From Mobula hypostoma (Eukaryota): a stretch of DNA of 64,000 nucleotides. The stretch lies in assembly GCF_963921235.1 (NCBI RefSeq), contig NC_086097.1, forward strand, positions 32,118,001 through 32,182,000, written 5' to 3'. The notes under the pieces were generated by a model. The model was not told the origin of the DNA. It worked only from the letters and a program-made list of their open reading frames with translations, and ran no database searches. Position 1 is the first letter of the stretch; each line of letters opens with the position of its first letter. Positions 1 to 11,589 of the stretch are shown one piece after another. Both the position numbers and the translations under genes were made by a program.

Positions 1-599
1 ACAGTTTGTTGTCCATTGTTTACAGTTACTGTTCTATAGAGTGGCTAAGTATGCCTGCAGAAAAAGATTCTCAGGGTTGTATGTGGTGATATGCATGTAC
101 TCTAATAATAAATTTTGCTTTGAACCACTTCACACTTCTCTGGGCTGAACTTCATCTGCCACTTCTCAGCCCAACCCTGCATCCTGTCAACGATTATTTG
201 CAACCAACAACAACCCTCCACACTTCACAACTCCACCAATCTTCCTGTCTTCGGCAAGCTTACTAACCCACCCTTCCACTTCCTCATCTATTCTTATTTA
301 CATAGTTTGTCTTCTTTCGCACAATGGTTGTTTGTTAGTCTTCGTATATGTAAAGTTTTTTTGCAACATTCGATTCTATTTCTTTTTTTTCCTGTAAATG
401 CCTGCAAGAAAATGGATCTCAAGGTGACAGTAAGTAGGAAGTTACTGTTGAAAGTAAGTAGGAAACCCTGTCGGAGATGAGGACAGGAGCAGACTGCAAG
501 TTCCTGATTTCATGATACTCTCGGCCCAAAACATCTAGTCCTCTCTACGGATGCAGCCTGACCTGCTGAGTTCCTTCAGCATTTTGTGTGTATTGGCAT

Positions 600-866
600 A
601 AGACCATAAATCACAGGAGCAGAATTAGGCCATTTGGCTCACCATTCCAACATGGCTGATATATTATCCTTCTTATCCCCATTCTCCTGTCTTTTCCCTA
701 TAACCTTTGACACGCTTACTAAACAAGAACCTATCAACCTCCACTTTAAATATACTCAATGGCTTGGCCTTCATAGCCATCCTTAGCAATGAATTCCACA
801 GATTCGCCACCATCTGGCTAAAGAATTTCCTTCTCAACTCTATTCTAAATGGATGTCCTTCTATTC
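600..866 (-). mobile_element. CR1-type LINE 3' fragment, left half (continues at 7282-7625)
   Basis: ORF 673-879 encodes the CR1 C-terminal motif (RRKFFSQ..NLWNSL); the sequence resumes after the hAT insertion. Confidence 0.8.
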
Positions 867-2644
867 CAGTAGTTCCCAAAATGGGTGATGTCGTGCCCTG
901 GGGGGCAGTGGAATTTTCTAAGGGGACGATAAAAATAACGGAGGCGGAGGGGGATGGGCTTGGTAGGGAAGGGGTAGGCTTATCTTAAGAAATTAATTAC
1001 TTATTCTAAGCATTTGATCCTCAATGCCTCATAATTGATTACAATGATCACGTAATCACCTCATCTCTTGCTAATCTCCCGTTCTCTTAGACTTTGCTCA
1101 AAGCGCATTATAGTTGTTGGAAAGCAGTGTGACGCTTCTGTATTTGGCATGTCTTGAGAAATCTGGACTGAAGAAGCCCAAGCATTTTTACTGTTTACTA
1201 CAGTAGTAGTGTTAGCTACTACGATTCCCATTCTAATCTCATAGTGATGCAATTCCAGTGAATTAGGGTATGGTATTCAATGGTGTAAAGTTCAGAATCT
1301 GACCTTTCAAATGGTTCGTACCACACTTCTCTCACCCACAGCCCAATTGAGATATCACTGCCCCACTTTATGCACCTTCAGGCAGAGAGTCTGGTCTTGC
1401 CTGAGCTATGATGATGTCATAACTTTCCCCTTTATTGATCGCAGGGCTTGAGGCTGGACTTAAACAGTAGGTGATTGACCACGGTCAATAATCCATAATG
1501 AAAATGGCAGAAGCAGACCAAATGAAAAAGAAGTGTAGACAGTATAGTGTGGGGTATCTGAAATATGGATTTATACCTGCACCAAGCAAACAACAGCAAT
1601 CAATGTGTCTGTTGTGTAAAGAAGGATTTTTTTTAAAATGAGGCAATGAAACTGTCCAGACCCCTTGAACATGTGAAGAGAATACACTCTGATAAAGCAA
1701 AAAAGAACTTTACTTATGTAATGTCCTGGTTAAGGTTGTTACAGCTATGCTATAGGTATTTCATTTTAGCAGTTTTGTCAAAGCAGTGAGTTCTGCTTTT
1801 AGAATGTTTTGGTTTCAGCTAAAAGATACAGGGCTATGATGTTCAGTTCAGGAATGCTGTGTTAGCCAATCAGGATGGTGGAATTGGGAGAGGGTTGCGG
1901 TCCCCAACCACCGGGCCATGGACCGGTACCGGGCTGCAAAGCATGTGCTACCGGGCCGCAAGGAAACAATATGATTTGGCGATAGGAGTCAGCTGCACCT
2001 TTCCTCATTCCCTGTCACACCCACTGTTGAGCTTGAACGCACGTGAGGTCATTACGCACAGTCATCCATGTCAGCGCGGGAAGGAGATCAACTCCTCGAG
2101 CTTGCAAATGATGGCGGGCTGAAAAGTATGTTTGACATAACATCTCTGCCAGCATTCTGGATTAAAGGCTGAATATCCTGAGATAGCCACGAAAGCACTG
2201 AAAACGTTGCTTCCATTTCCAACATATCTCTGCAATGAATGCAACGAAAACGAAATTGCGGAATAGACTGGACATAAGAATCCCCCTTCAAGTATCACTG
2301 TCTCCCATCACCCCTCGATGGCACCGTCTTGTTGCAGGGAAACAAGCCCAGGGCTCCCACCGATTCAGCGATATTGGTGTGTTGCAATGAGTTTATATGT
2401 TCATACGGGGAAAATATTTGCTGTGTGTTTAATATCCAAACGTTACTTAAAATGTTATAATGCTAGTGACTTATATAACCATATAACAATTACAGTACGG
2501 AAACAGGCATCTCTGCCCTTCTAGTCCATGCCGAACGCTACCCTCACCTAGTCCCACTGACCTGCATTCAGACCATAACCCTCCATTCCTTTCCTGTCCA
2601 TATACCTATCCAATTTTTCTTTAAATGATAATATCGAACCTGCC

Positions 2645-3702
2645 ACCAGCCTCCGGGTCCAACATATTATTCTCCGTAACTTCTGCCACCAGCCTCCGGG
2701 TCCAACATATTATTCTCCGTAACTTCCGCCACCTCCAACAGGATCCCACCACTAAGCACATCTTTCCCTCTCCCCCTCTCTCTGCTTTCCGCAGGGATCG
2801 CTCCCTACGCGACTCCCTTGTCCATTCGATCCCCCCATCCCTCTCCACTGATCTCCTTCCTGGCACTTATCCTTGTGAGCAAAACAAGTGCTACACATGC
2901 CCTTACACTTCCTCCCTTACCACCATTCAGGGCCCCAGACAGTCCTTCCAGGTGAGGTGACACTTCACCTGTGAGTAGGTTGGGGTGATATACTGCGTCC
3001 GGTGCTCCCGATGTGGCCTTCTATATATTGGCGAGACCCGACGCAGACTGGGAGATCGTTTTGCTGAACACCTACGCTCTGTCCGCCAGAGAAAGCAGGA
3101 TCTCCCAGTGGCCACACATTTTAATTCCACATCCCATTCCCATTCTGACATGTCTATCCACGGCCTCCTCTACTGTAAAGATGAAGCCACACTCAGGTTG
3201 GAGGAACAACACCTTGTATTCCGTCTGGGTAGCCTCCAACCTGATGGCATGAACATTGACTTCCGCTAATGCCCCACCTCCCCCTCGTACCCCATCTGTT
3301 ATTTATATACACATTCTTTCTCTTACTCTCCTTTTTCTCCCTCTGTCCCTCTGACTATGCCCCTTGCCCATCCTCTGGGTTTTCCCCCCCTCCCCCTTTT
3401 CTTTCTCCCTGGGCCTCCTGTCCCATGATCCTCTCATATCCCTTTTGCCAATCAACTGTCCAGCTCTTGGCTCTATCCCTCCCCCTCCTGTCTTCTCCTA
3501 TCATTTTGGATCTCCCCCTCCCCCTCTCAAATCTCTTACTAGCTCTTCCTTCAGTCAGTCCTGACGAAGGGTCCCGGCCTGAAACGTCGACTGTACCTCT
3601 TCCTAGAGATGCTGCCTGACCTGCTGCGTTCACCAGCAACTTTGATGTGTGTTGCTTGAATTTCCAGCATCTGCAGAATTCCTCGTGTTTGCGTTTTTAA
3701 AT
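2645..3702 (+). mobile_element. 5'-truncated Penelope-like retroelement (GIY-YIG endonuclease remnant plus terminal repeat), inserted in a CR1 3' fragment (about 2476-3761)
   Basis: VIYCVRCSRCGLLYIGETRRRLGDRFAEH...HFN...EQHLVFRLGSLQPDGMN preceded by a Cys-rich linker; two in-frame stops; pyrimidine-rich UTR; the host CR1 text rejoins across it. Confidence 0.9.
3556..3593 (+). ncRNA. Minimal type I hammerhead ribozyme motif (PLE-associated)
   Basis: Helix I CAGTC/GACTG, core CTGACGA, helix II GGGT-cccg-GCCT, GAAA, palindromic ACGT helix III, predicted cleavage after GTC at 3588. Confidence 0.8.
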
Positions 3703-4553
3703 TCTACCACTTCTACTGGAAGTTCGTTCACACCTACTTCAAGTTCCCCTGTCCTCCCTTGATAATTGACTTATCACTATATTCATGCGAGGAAAATATG
3801 CGCTGTGTGTCTAATATTAAATTTATTAGATAAACCCTTCTAAAAATGAAATTGAGTGTATTAGCCACTTATCACCTATATTCCGGTCATGATTAACAAC
3901 CCCTCCCACCCATACAGAATCACCAAAAGCAACTTGTAGAAAAAAATTGGCGTGTACGCATATGTGCAAGTCACACATGCACACTGGTGCCCGCGCAAGG
4001 CTTCATGGTCATTGTAGTCTTTCTCGGGTTAACACAACATATTTGACTGCTACTCTTGTCCGTTGGCAACCCTACCCTCCCCCCGCACCCCGGGTCAGCC
4101 GGTCCACAAGAATATTGTCAATAATAAACCGGTTCGTGTTGCAAAAAAGGTTGGGGACCCCTGTTCTAGAGGGAGCAGGGCGAAGAGAGATTTGTGATGG
4201 ACAGTGTGGTTCATGTGTTTTTTGGGGGGGGAGCTGGAAGAGGACAGGAGGGAAGATGGCTGAAGATGCTGTGGAAAGGAGTGCCCCTGTTGCAAGAAGT
4301 GCTTTGTGCAGATGAATAGCTCCAAGGAGGAAGGGCCAAAACTCCCGAGAGAGAGAGCCTGTTGGTTCGAAGTGAAGCTCGGAACGTGACGTGTGCTTTC
4401 ACACAGACCATGGGTCCAGTATGTGAGTAAAAAGGACAACTTCAAGATGAGATCCAACAATGTGCACATTTGGACTGAGCTAACTGTAATGGGCCCTTTA
4501 TTTTTCTTTCCCTTTCCTACTAACTGTTCCATAAATGTGAAATTAGTAAATAT

Positions 4554-5101
4554 TTATATCAAATACAAAAGAGTGTGGCAGGTACAGTACTAGGGTAGGT
4601 AGTGGATACAGAAGAGAGGAAACTGTGTGGACTAGGTTAAGGCTGTGCATTAAAGGAACCATTGAAAATGATAGGGAAACACCAGACAGGATTGCGTGAG
4701 GAATGTCAGGAAGAGGAGTCAGTAGAACATGTAGTTCTGAGTTACAGGAAGTATGGGAAACAGAGAGAGATGATGAGAATTAATCAAAGGGAATTGGGGG
4801 TGCAGGAATTCACATTAAAAGGGTTGCTGGGCATGGGTGAGAGCACAGGTCAGGGTATTTTTAGCGTTTTTAAGGGATACAGGTTTTTTTTATATAGGAT
4901 ATGATGGATAATCAGGAATAAGGTACTAGGAAGGCCAAAGATGGGAGGATAAAGTGTAGGTTAGGGTATGTGTGTGTGTGCGCGATTGGGTGAAGGGATT
5001 TAGAATGTACGTCTATCGCTTACTCCGAAGCAGAAGATGGCGTTAATGCACCATTAAGCTGGGTGCCAACCGCTGTAAAACAAGACAAAGAAGAAGAAGA
5101 A
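4554..5101 (+). mobile_element. 3' end of a non-LTR retrotransposon (I/Nimb-like) with (GAA)n tail
   Basis: 15-bp TSD GAAATTAGTAAATAT (4539-4553, 5102-5116); decayed zinc-knuckle peptide GL.EECQEEESVEHVVLS; clade call tentative. Confidence 0.7.
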
Positions 5102-7281
5102 GAAATTAGTAAATATACTTCCTTTAAAATTTTAAGTGGTGTATGATCTGTTATTTTGTGCCGACCGACTATTGTGTATGGACAGTATTTACACAGCATT
5201 CGCTCAAATCAAGGTTTCTTTAATCAGAACATCACGACATTCCTGTTTGGCTGAACCCCAAATCATATCGACCCTAGACACCTATTGTTTATGAGAGATG
5301 TCATTCTCACCACTGAGTCCCGTGACTGTTAGCAGAATTGGCTAACGGGCCAAGTTTGTATATGGGCCCAGTGAGGAGGTTTCACTTACTTTGAGTCAGG
5401 AAAACTTTCAGACAGGAAAAACACTTCAAAAACATATCTGCCAGCACTTCACAACAAAACACTGATGGTTTGCATGGTTCATACATTTCACTGCTCATTG
5501 CAAACTCTGAAAAGCCCCATGTAATTGGAGAAAAACTGATTCTGCCAGCAGTAAGGGAAGTTCTGAGTACAGATTTGCATAAGTCAGCCATTCCATTCAG
5601 TGACAACTCTGTTCAGAGATGAACAGATGAATGTCTGAGAATGTGGAATACACATTGTGCACCATACTCAGGACAACAGAATTTGCTCTGCAGTTGGATG
5701 AGTCAACTTTGCCAGGCAATGAATCTTTGCTTCTTGATTATGTTCACTTCATAAAGGAGGAAAGCATGGCTCAGTAGCTATCATTTGTGAGGTGACTGGA
5801 AACAGATATGAAGCGGGAATCAATATTATGGGTTGTTGAAAAATTTTTCAAAGAGAAGGGTTAGGGGTCCCCAACATTCTTGCTTGTGCAACAGATGGGG
5901 CACCAACAGTGACAGGCCATGACCTTGGGGTTATTATTTTCTTGAAAAAGCTGTACCTAACATTTACCATTCACTGTGTAATTCACAAACAACACCTTGT
6001 CGCATAAAACCTAAGTGATTGACTGCACAAGTACTGTTATCACAGTGGTAAATAAAATCAAGTCCCATGCTCTCAATTCTTGACTATTTTAAGAGCTTTG
6101 TATTGAGAATGATGAACAGTTTGAACGCTTGCTGTTGTACACATAAGTCAGTGGCTCTCAAAAGGAAACTTCCTGAGACGGCTTTCATGATCTTTTTGAA
6201 ACTGTGATAAAATTCTTTGAAGGCTCAAATGCCTCATTCAGTAATCAACTCAAGAATATTGCATGACATTGCATATTTGTCAGAATTATTTGCAAAGTTT
6301 AGTGAAATCAATCTTCATTTCCAAGGAAATTATGTGAATCTTCTTAAAAGTCAAATCAGTCATCTCCACGTTTGTCAAGTTAACCCTATTTAAGTGCAAC
6401 ACTGGCCATTGCGGCCTTTTCTAATTTCCAAGACTGAGTGGAAGAGAAAGAAAGAATACCAGCTGATGATCTTCGAGTACTCTGTGCCCACCTAGGTGAG
6501 CTACATAAAGGACATGTCAGAAAGATTTTGGGATCTTCTCCTCCATCCAAATTGGGTAATAAATCCATTCCTGAACACTTGTAATGAGGAATTAACAGGA
6601 AGGATGGAGGAAGAACTGATCTTGCTACAAAATGACTTGGGACTGATGATGAGGTTCAAAAAATCATATCAAGACTACTGGTTGCAGAAAAGAAAGTCTC
6701 TGAGTGCTATATTGCACTATGGAAAAAGGTCAAGATGTTCTTTATTGCCTTTCCAACATTATATTTAGTCGAGTGTGGTTTCAGTGCAGTAACCCAACTT
6801 CTTTCAAAGCAACCAAGCAGACTGCAAATTATTGATAGTGGGGATCTGCGACTCCTCAGTGACAGTCAGCCTGATGTTGAGAAGCTGATATCAGTGCACC
6901 AAGCTGATCCTTCTCATTGAAAGATGAAAAAGCAATGACGTAGAGAACAGTCGAACTACTAATGTACGGTCTAAAATTGTTAATGAAAATTGTTTTACTA
7001 TAACTAAATACAGAAATAATTTTATTTATAGCTTTAAATAGATTTGAATATTTTTTGCAATTATTTGTCGCTGCTTTGAGTTTGCAGTTCATATTTTCTT
7101 TCATTGTGTATCGTAAATCAAAACTCTTTACAGTTTTTATGTAATGGCCGAAGAGGGAGAGATAGCTGCTGGGAATGTGGTCTGGGAGCTGAGGGGGCTG
7201 TAACCCATAAGAGTTTGGGAACCACTGTCTAGGAGTCTAGAGCAGAGAACACAGCCTCAAAATAAAGTCTGAGGAATAGAA

Positions 7282-7625
7282 TCTATTCTGAGGCTGTACC
7301 TTCTGGTCATGGACTCTCCACTTCAGAAAGCATCCTCTCCACATTCGCTCCATCTTGGCCTTTCCATATTCGATAGGCTTCAATGAGATCCTCCCCGCAT
7401 TCTCCTAAACTCCAGCCCAGAGCCATCAGGTGCTCTTTGTACATTAACACTTTCGTTGTCAGGATCATTCCCACGAACCTCCTCTGGACACTCTCAAGTA
7501 CCAGCACATCCTTTATTACATAAGGAGCCCAAAACTGTTCACCGGTGCAGTCTGACTAACACCTGAGAAAGCCTTAGCATTACATCCTTGCTTCTATATT
7601 CTAGTCCTCTCAAAATTAATGCTGC
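7282..7625 (-). mobile_element. CR1-type LINE fragment, right half of the 600-866 copy
   Basis: LESVQRRF...DLIEAYRI peptide in ORF 7307-7507. Confidence 0.8.
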
Positions 7626-7785
7626 AGCAGACTTCCAGTATCTACAGAATTTTTTGTGCCCCCCCCCCCGGTCAGGTTGCACTGTTGGTGCCTCTAACCC
7701 CCAGCTTCGATCCCTATCGTCACACAGGACAAACTATGGGTATCCACAACCCCTGTCTTTGGGGAGACTCAGCACTATCAGCATC

Positions 7786-8070
7786 AGACGGCATGGTAAC
7801 AGGGCACCTAGCGTCACACTTCATAGTGCCAGTGATCGAGGTTCAATTCCCGTTGCTGTCCTTGAGGAGTTTGTACGTTCTCCCCAGGACCCTGTGAATT
7901 TCCTCCAGGTGCTCCCGTTTCCTCCCACATCCCAAAGTTCGGGTTAGCAAGCTGTGGGCATATTGTGTTGGTGCCGAAAGTGTGGTGACACTTAGCAAAC
8001 CTTCGAACTGTGTTGGCTGTTGATGTAAAGGACACATTTTGCTGTACATGCGACAAACAAAGCCAATCGT
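7786..8070 (+). mobile_element. tRNA-derived V-SINE (HE1-like)
   Basis: B-box GGTTCAATTCC followed by the V-domain-like GGAGTTTGTACGTTCTCCCC...TTTCCTCC; many copies in the window. Confidence 0.75.
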
Positions 8071-8391
8071 TACCTTTGTTTGCAAACTCCCCCTCGGCAC
8101 TGACATCTACATCCTGAGCAGGGTCAGGATCCCCCTGCTGGCAGCAACACCCTCTCCCATCAGACCCCCCCACCCCCCATTCAGCTTCCCTCGTGCAGTG
8201 TGAACGCGGAGTGTGGGTGCAGGGAGCCCTCGCAGCTCGGGGTTTGACGTGGTTCAGATGGCGCACGCAAGTCTTACACACCGAGAGTCGGCAGTTCGAG
8301 CCCCGCTCTCTCCAGCACCTCAGCACCTGACAGAACGCAAACCAATTCCTTATGGGTTTGCAGGTTAGGATTAGCTTTCCTGTCACCTATA

Positions 8392-8675
8392 CGTCAAATT
8401 AAACAATGAAATGCGCCGCTCAAATCAACGAGGCTGTGTTGGGGGCAGCCCGCCAGTGTCACCACGCTTCCAGCGCCAACATATCGTACCCACAAATCAG
8501 TAACACTAACGTGCACGTCTTCGGAATATGGGAGGAAACCAGAGCACCCTGAGGAAAGCCACATGGTCACAGGGAGAGCGTACAAACTCCTTACAGACAG
8601 CGGTGGGAATTGAACCCTGATCTTATAGTTGGCGTTGTAAGGGATTACGCTGACCACTACACCACTGTGCCAGCC
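8392..8675 (-). mobile_element. tRNA-derived V-SINE (HE1-like)
   Basis: Reverse-complement copy of the family at 7786-8070. Confidence 0.75.
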
Positions 8676-8904
8676 CTGCGGGCAGTACAACCTCTCACCC
8701 CTGCCATCTCTGGTCACGGGATCACCGCACAATGAGGCCATTCAGCCGTCCAGCAGCAGGGGAGACTGTGGTGTCAGTCTGGGGACAGCAGGGAGTCCAC
8801 TCTGCCCCTCCAGCCCATCTCACCTCCGAGGGGTGGACTGGCCTCTCGGCATTGTGTTCCCAAACAACCCCGGCACGTAAAGGGGCTCAGGCATCCCGGC
8901 ACAC

Positions 8905-9026
8905 CTGCACAATGTCCAGGCCGTGTCCCACGCTAGTTTCCAGCGACGTTCCAGATCCCGCACCCGGCAATGCTCTCCCTCCAGCACCGTGCCAAGGTGC
9001 CTCACGGTGCCCAGGATCATGGACGC
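8905..9026 (-). CDS. SYNE2: Nesprin exon (ASMILGTVRH...RRWKLAWDTAWTLC), 40 aa; may extend to 8824
   Basis: Acceptor ctctcttacag; two in-frame phase-2 donors, GTGTGC at 8904 and GTGAGA at 8823. Confidence 0.65.
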
Positions 9027-9227
9027 CTGTAAGAGAGAGACCGGCAGTGGTCAGTACCAAGGAGGGGCAGTGCTGAGGGAGCGTCACATCATGGAAGAGG
9101 TGATTTTCAGAGTGGGGGGGTGGTCGGCTTTGATTTACTGATGGTCAGTCCTCTGCCACAATGCAGGGACATTGCTGGACAGGCCCAGATGGTGGGATTG
9201 GGGCTGGGGGAGACTGATGACACCTAC

Positions 9228-9365
9228 CTTGACCATCTCCGCCCAGGCCTGTCCCACCGCCTGGGACCCCACGCCAGAGGATCCCAGAGCCTCTTCCCAT
9301 CGGTCCATCAGCCTCTCCAGGTGCTCTGCACTCCTTTGGAATTCCTGCCGTTGCTCCAGTAAACC
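9228..9365 (-). CDS. SYNE2: Nesprin exon (GLLEQRQEFQ...AEMVK), 46 aa
   Basis: Acceptor gttcaccag, donor GTAGGT, 138 nt. Confidence 0.82.
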
Positions 9366-9584
9366 CTGGTGAACGGTAACATAAGCATCAGCAAACAGAG
9401 AACAGAGGGTGAACATGGTTCTCCTGTATCTACAGAGGAGGCTGGTGAGGAGTTGGAAGACCCAACCTGGATGGTCAAGAATGTCCTGGTCCCCACCTTA
9501 TTATTTCCTGTGGCCACTTCCTTATCCTGAGGGTGTCCCCATCCCATCGGTCACCTTTCCCTGATGCTCCCTCTCCACACAGAA

Positions 9585-10220
9585 TCTCATAGAGACCTAC
9601 AGCACAGAAACAGGCCTTTCGGCCCATCTAGTCCATGCTAAACTTTTATTTTGCCTTGTCTTATCATCCAACCTCTCAACCATACCTCTCCCATCCATGT
9701 ACTTATCTGAACCTCTTAAAGGTCACAGTCAAGCTGCATCCACCTCTTCCGTTGGCAGCTCATTCCACACTCGCATATGAATGAAGAACCCCCTCAGGTT
9801 TCCCTTAAACATTTCACCTTTCACCCTTAACCTGTGATCTCTAGTTCTAGTTTCACCCAGCCTCAGGGGGAAAAAGAACCTGCTTGCATTTACCCTTTCT
9901 ACACCCCTCATAATTTTGGACACCTCCCTCAAATCTCCCCTCATTTTCCTACACTCCAGGGAATACCGTCCTAACCTAGTGAACTTTTTCCCGATAACTC
10001 AGGTCCTCAAGTCTTGGCAACATCCTTATAAATTTTTTCTGTACTCTTCCAATCACATTGACATCTTTCCTGTTGGTAGGTGACCAAACTGCACACAATA
10101 CTCCAAATTAGGCCTCACCAATGTCTGACACAACTTCAACATTAAGTCCCATCTCCTGTACTCATTTAATGAAGGTCAATGTGCCAGAAGCTTTCTTTAC
10201 AACTTTATCCACCTGTGCCA
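9585..10220 (-). mobile_element. CR1 LINE 3' fragment
   Basis: MRGDLREVSKIMRG...TRDHRLRV...VWNELP peptide plus 3' UTR. Confidence 0.8.
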
Positions 10221-10993
10221 TCGTGGACCATTTACAGGCCCCTCAGCCCACAACGCTGTACCGACCTTTTAACCTACTCCGAGGTCAATCGAACCTTATT
10301 GTGCTTTCTTGTACAGTAGTCTGTACAATTTAAGTTTAATTTACATCTCTCTTGAGAACGTTGTGTCTCTGATGCTATGTGCCTGTGATGAAAGATGAAA
10401 GGTGAAACGTTTAGGGGGAACTTCTTCACTCAGAGGGTGGTGTGAGTGTGGAACGAGCTGCCGGTAGAAGTGGTGGATGCAGATTCGACTGCAGCATTTA
10501 AGGGAAGTTTGGATAAGGACATGGATGGGAGGGATATGGAGGACTATAATCCAGGTCAATGGGACAAGGCAAAATAATATTTTGGCATGGACTAGAAAGG
10601 TCAAAGGGCATGTTTCTGTGACGGAGAGTTCTATACCTTTAGGACTCTATGCTGTTGCAAGGAAGATTTTCATTGTACCTGTGTGTGCACGTACTGTGCA
10701 GATGAACTCCAATTTCACATCTGCAGCTTCTTGCCCACTGAATGACCCCCCCCACCTTCCTGCACACATTCTGCTCCCTCCCCACAGTCAACTCTCCCAC
10801 CAGCATTAGCTCCCCAGCACAGCAGAACATGCAAACTCTACACAGACAGCGTCGGAGGTGGGGATTGAACCTGGAACCCTGGAGCCATGAGGCAATGTAT
10901 GCAATGGAGATGGGCCTGTTTCCATGCTGAAGGATTCTGTGACTTGGACTGTGTTATACAAGCAAGTATGAGTTAGGCTGTTAATAATTTTAC

Positions 10994-11176
10994 CTGAACT
11001 TCCTGTGTCTTGACTGACAGTAACTCCAGCAGACGGGATACCCGGCCAGAAACATGTTGAGCGTCTGACTGAACAGCTGCAGACGATGAAGGGTCCAGGT
11101 GTCCAGCCAATTCATCTGCGGCTTCGCGCAGAGGCAGGATTCCCTGCTGCAGGGTCTTTAGGTCGTTAACAGAGTC
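10994..11176 (-). CDS. SYNE2: Nesprin exon (DSVNDLKTLQ...LDPSSSAAVQSD...TQEVQ), 61 aa
   Basis: Acceptor ctgttggaag, donor GTAAAA, 183 nt open; not in the ORF track. Confidence 0.82.
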
Positions 11177-11589
11177 CTTCCAACAGATGACAAGATCGTC
11201 AATTATTCTGCCCAGTCACTGTCCACCAAACTGCCCCAGCACCCCGTGTATCCAAACGAGAGTGGGTTGAGATAAGGTAAGGGGCAGGTGATTCAAGGGG
11301 ATTCTGAAGAGTAACACGGGACACCCAAGGGACGGCAGATGCTGGAATCTGGAGCTACACAATCTGCTGGTACAAGGTCGTCGACCATCCCTCTCAGATG
11401 CTGCACAGCCTGCTGAGCTTTCGCAGCAGATTGTTTTTTGAGGGAAAGGTTTGCTGTTACTGAGGGAACGGCTGATGCCTGGAACTCACTGACAGAGGAG
11501 GTGGAGGAATCAGATACAATCTTAAGGTGAGTGAGAAAGATTTAATGGAAATCCAAGTGGTGATTTGATCTGCATGAACATGAAAGGCA

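Larger units (their letters stand above)
1896..4163 (+). mobile_element. Non-autonomous hAT-Charlie element with a transposase C-terminal remnant
   Basis: Right TIR GGTTGGGGACCCCTG (4149-4163), truncated left TIR GGTCCCCAACC; remnant [26 protein letters not shown]...GKQAQGSH; homologous to 15673-20941. Confidence 0.82.
1717..5384. mobile_element. Solo LTR (TG...CA) carrying nested insertions
   Basis: Begins TGTAATG and ends GTTTCA; 4-bp TSD CTTA at 1713-1716 and 5385-5388; removing it rejoins the hAT transposase sequence. Confidence 0.75.
867..7227 (+). mobile_element. Decayed hAT-Charlie (ZBED5/SCAND3-like) DNA transposon, split by a solo LTR
   Basis: TIRs CAGTAGTTCCCAAA (867) and TTTGGGAACCACTG (to 7227). 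Transposase remnant from about 1504 (KKCRQYSVGYLKYGF..MCLLC..NEAMK) resumes at 5389 (GEKLILPA, FALQLDEST, FPTLYLVECGFSA) and ends ADPSH* at 6920, with stops and frameshifts. Confidence 0.9.

Noticed and set aside
505..595. Further hammerheads at about 510, 12312, 37870, 42900, 43010, 43510 and 62090
   Set aside because: Homologous PLE repeats, but the CTGANGA or GAAA core is broken, so they are not called as ribozymes.
1504..6920. Domesticated ZBED/SCAND3-like gene
   Set aside because: Multiple stops and frameshifts, an LTR insertion and retained TIRs show a dead transposon.
7814..8386. 190-aa Cys-rich minus-strand ORF as the next nesprin exon
   Set aside because: Its phase does not match the preceding phase-2 donor, it has no spectrin pattern, and its distal half is SINE sequence.
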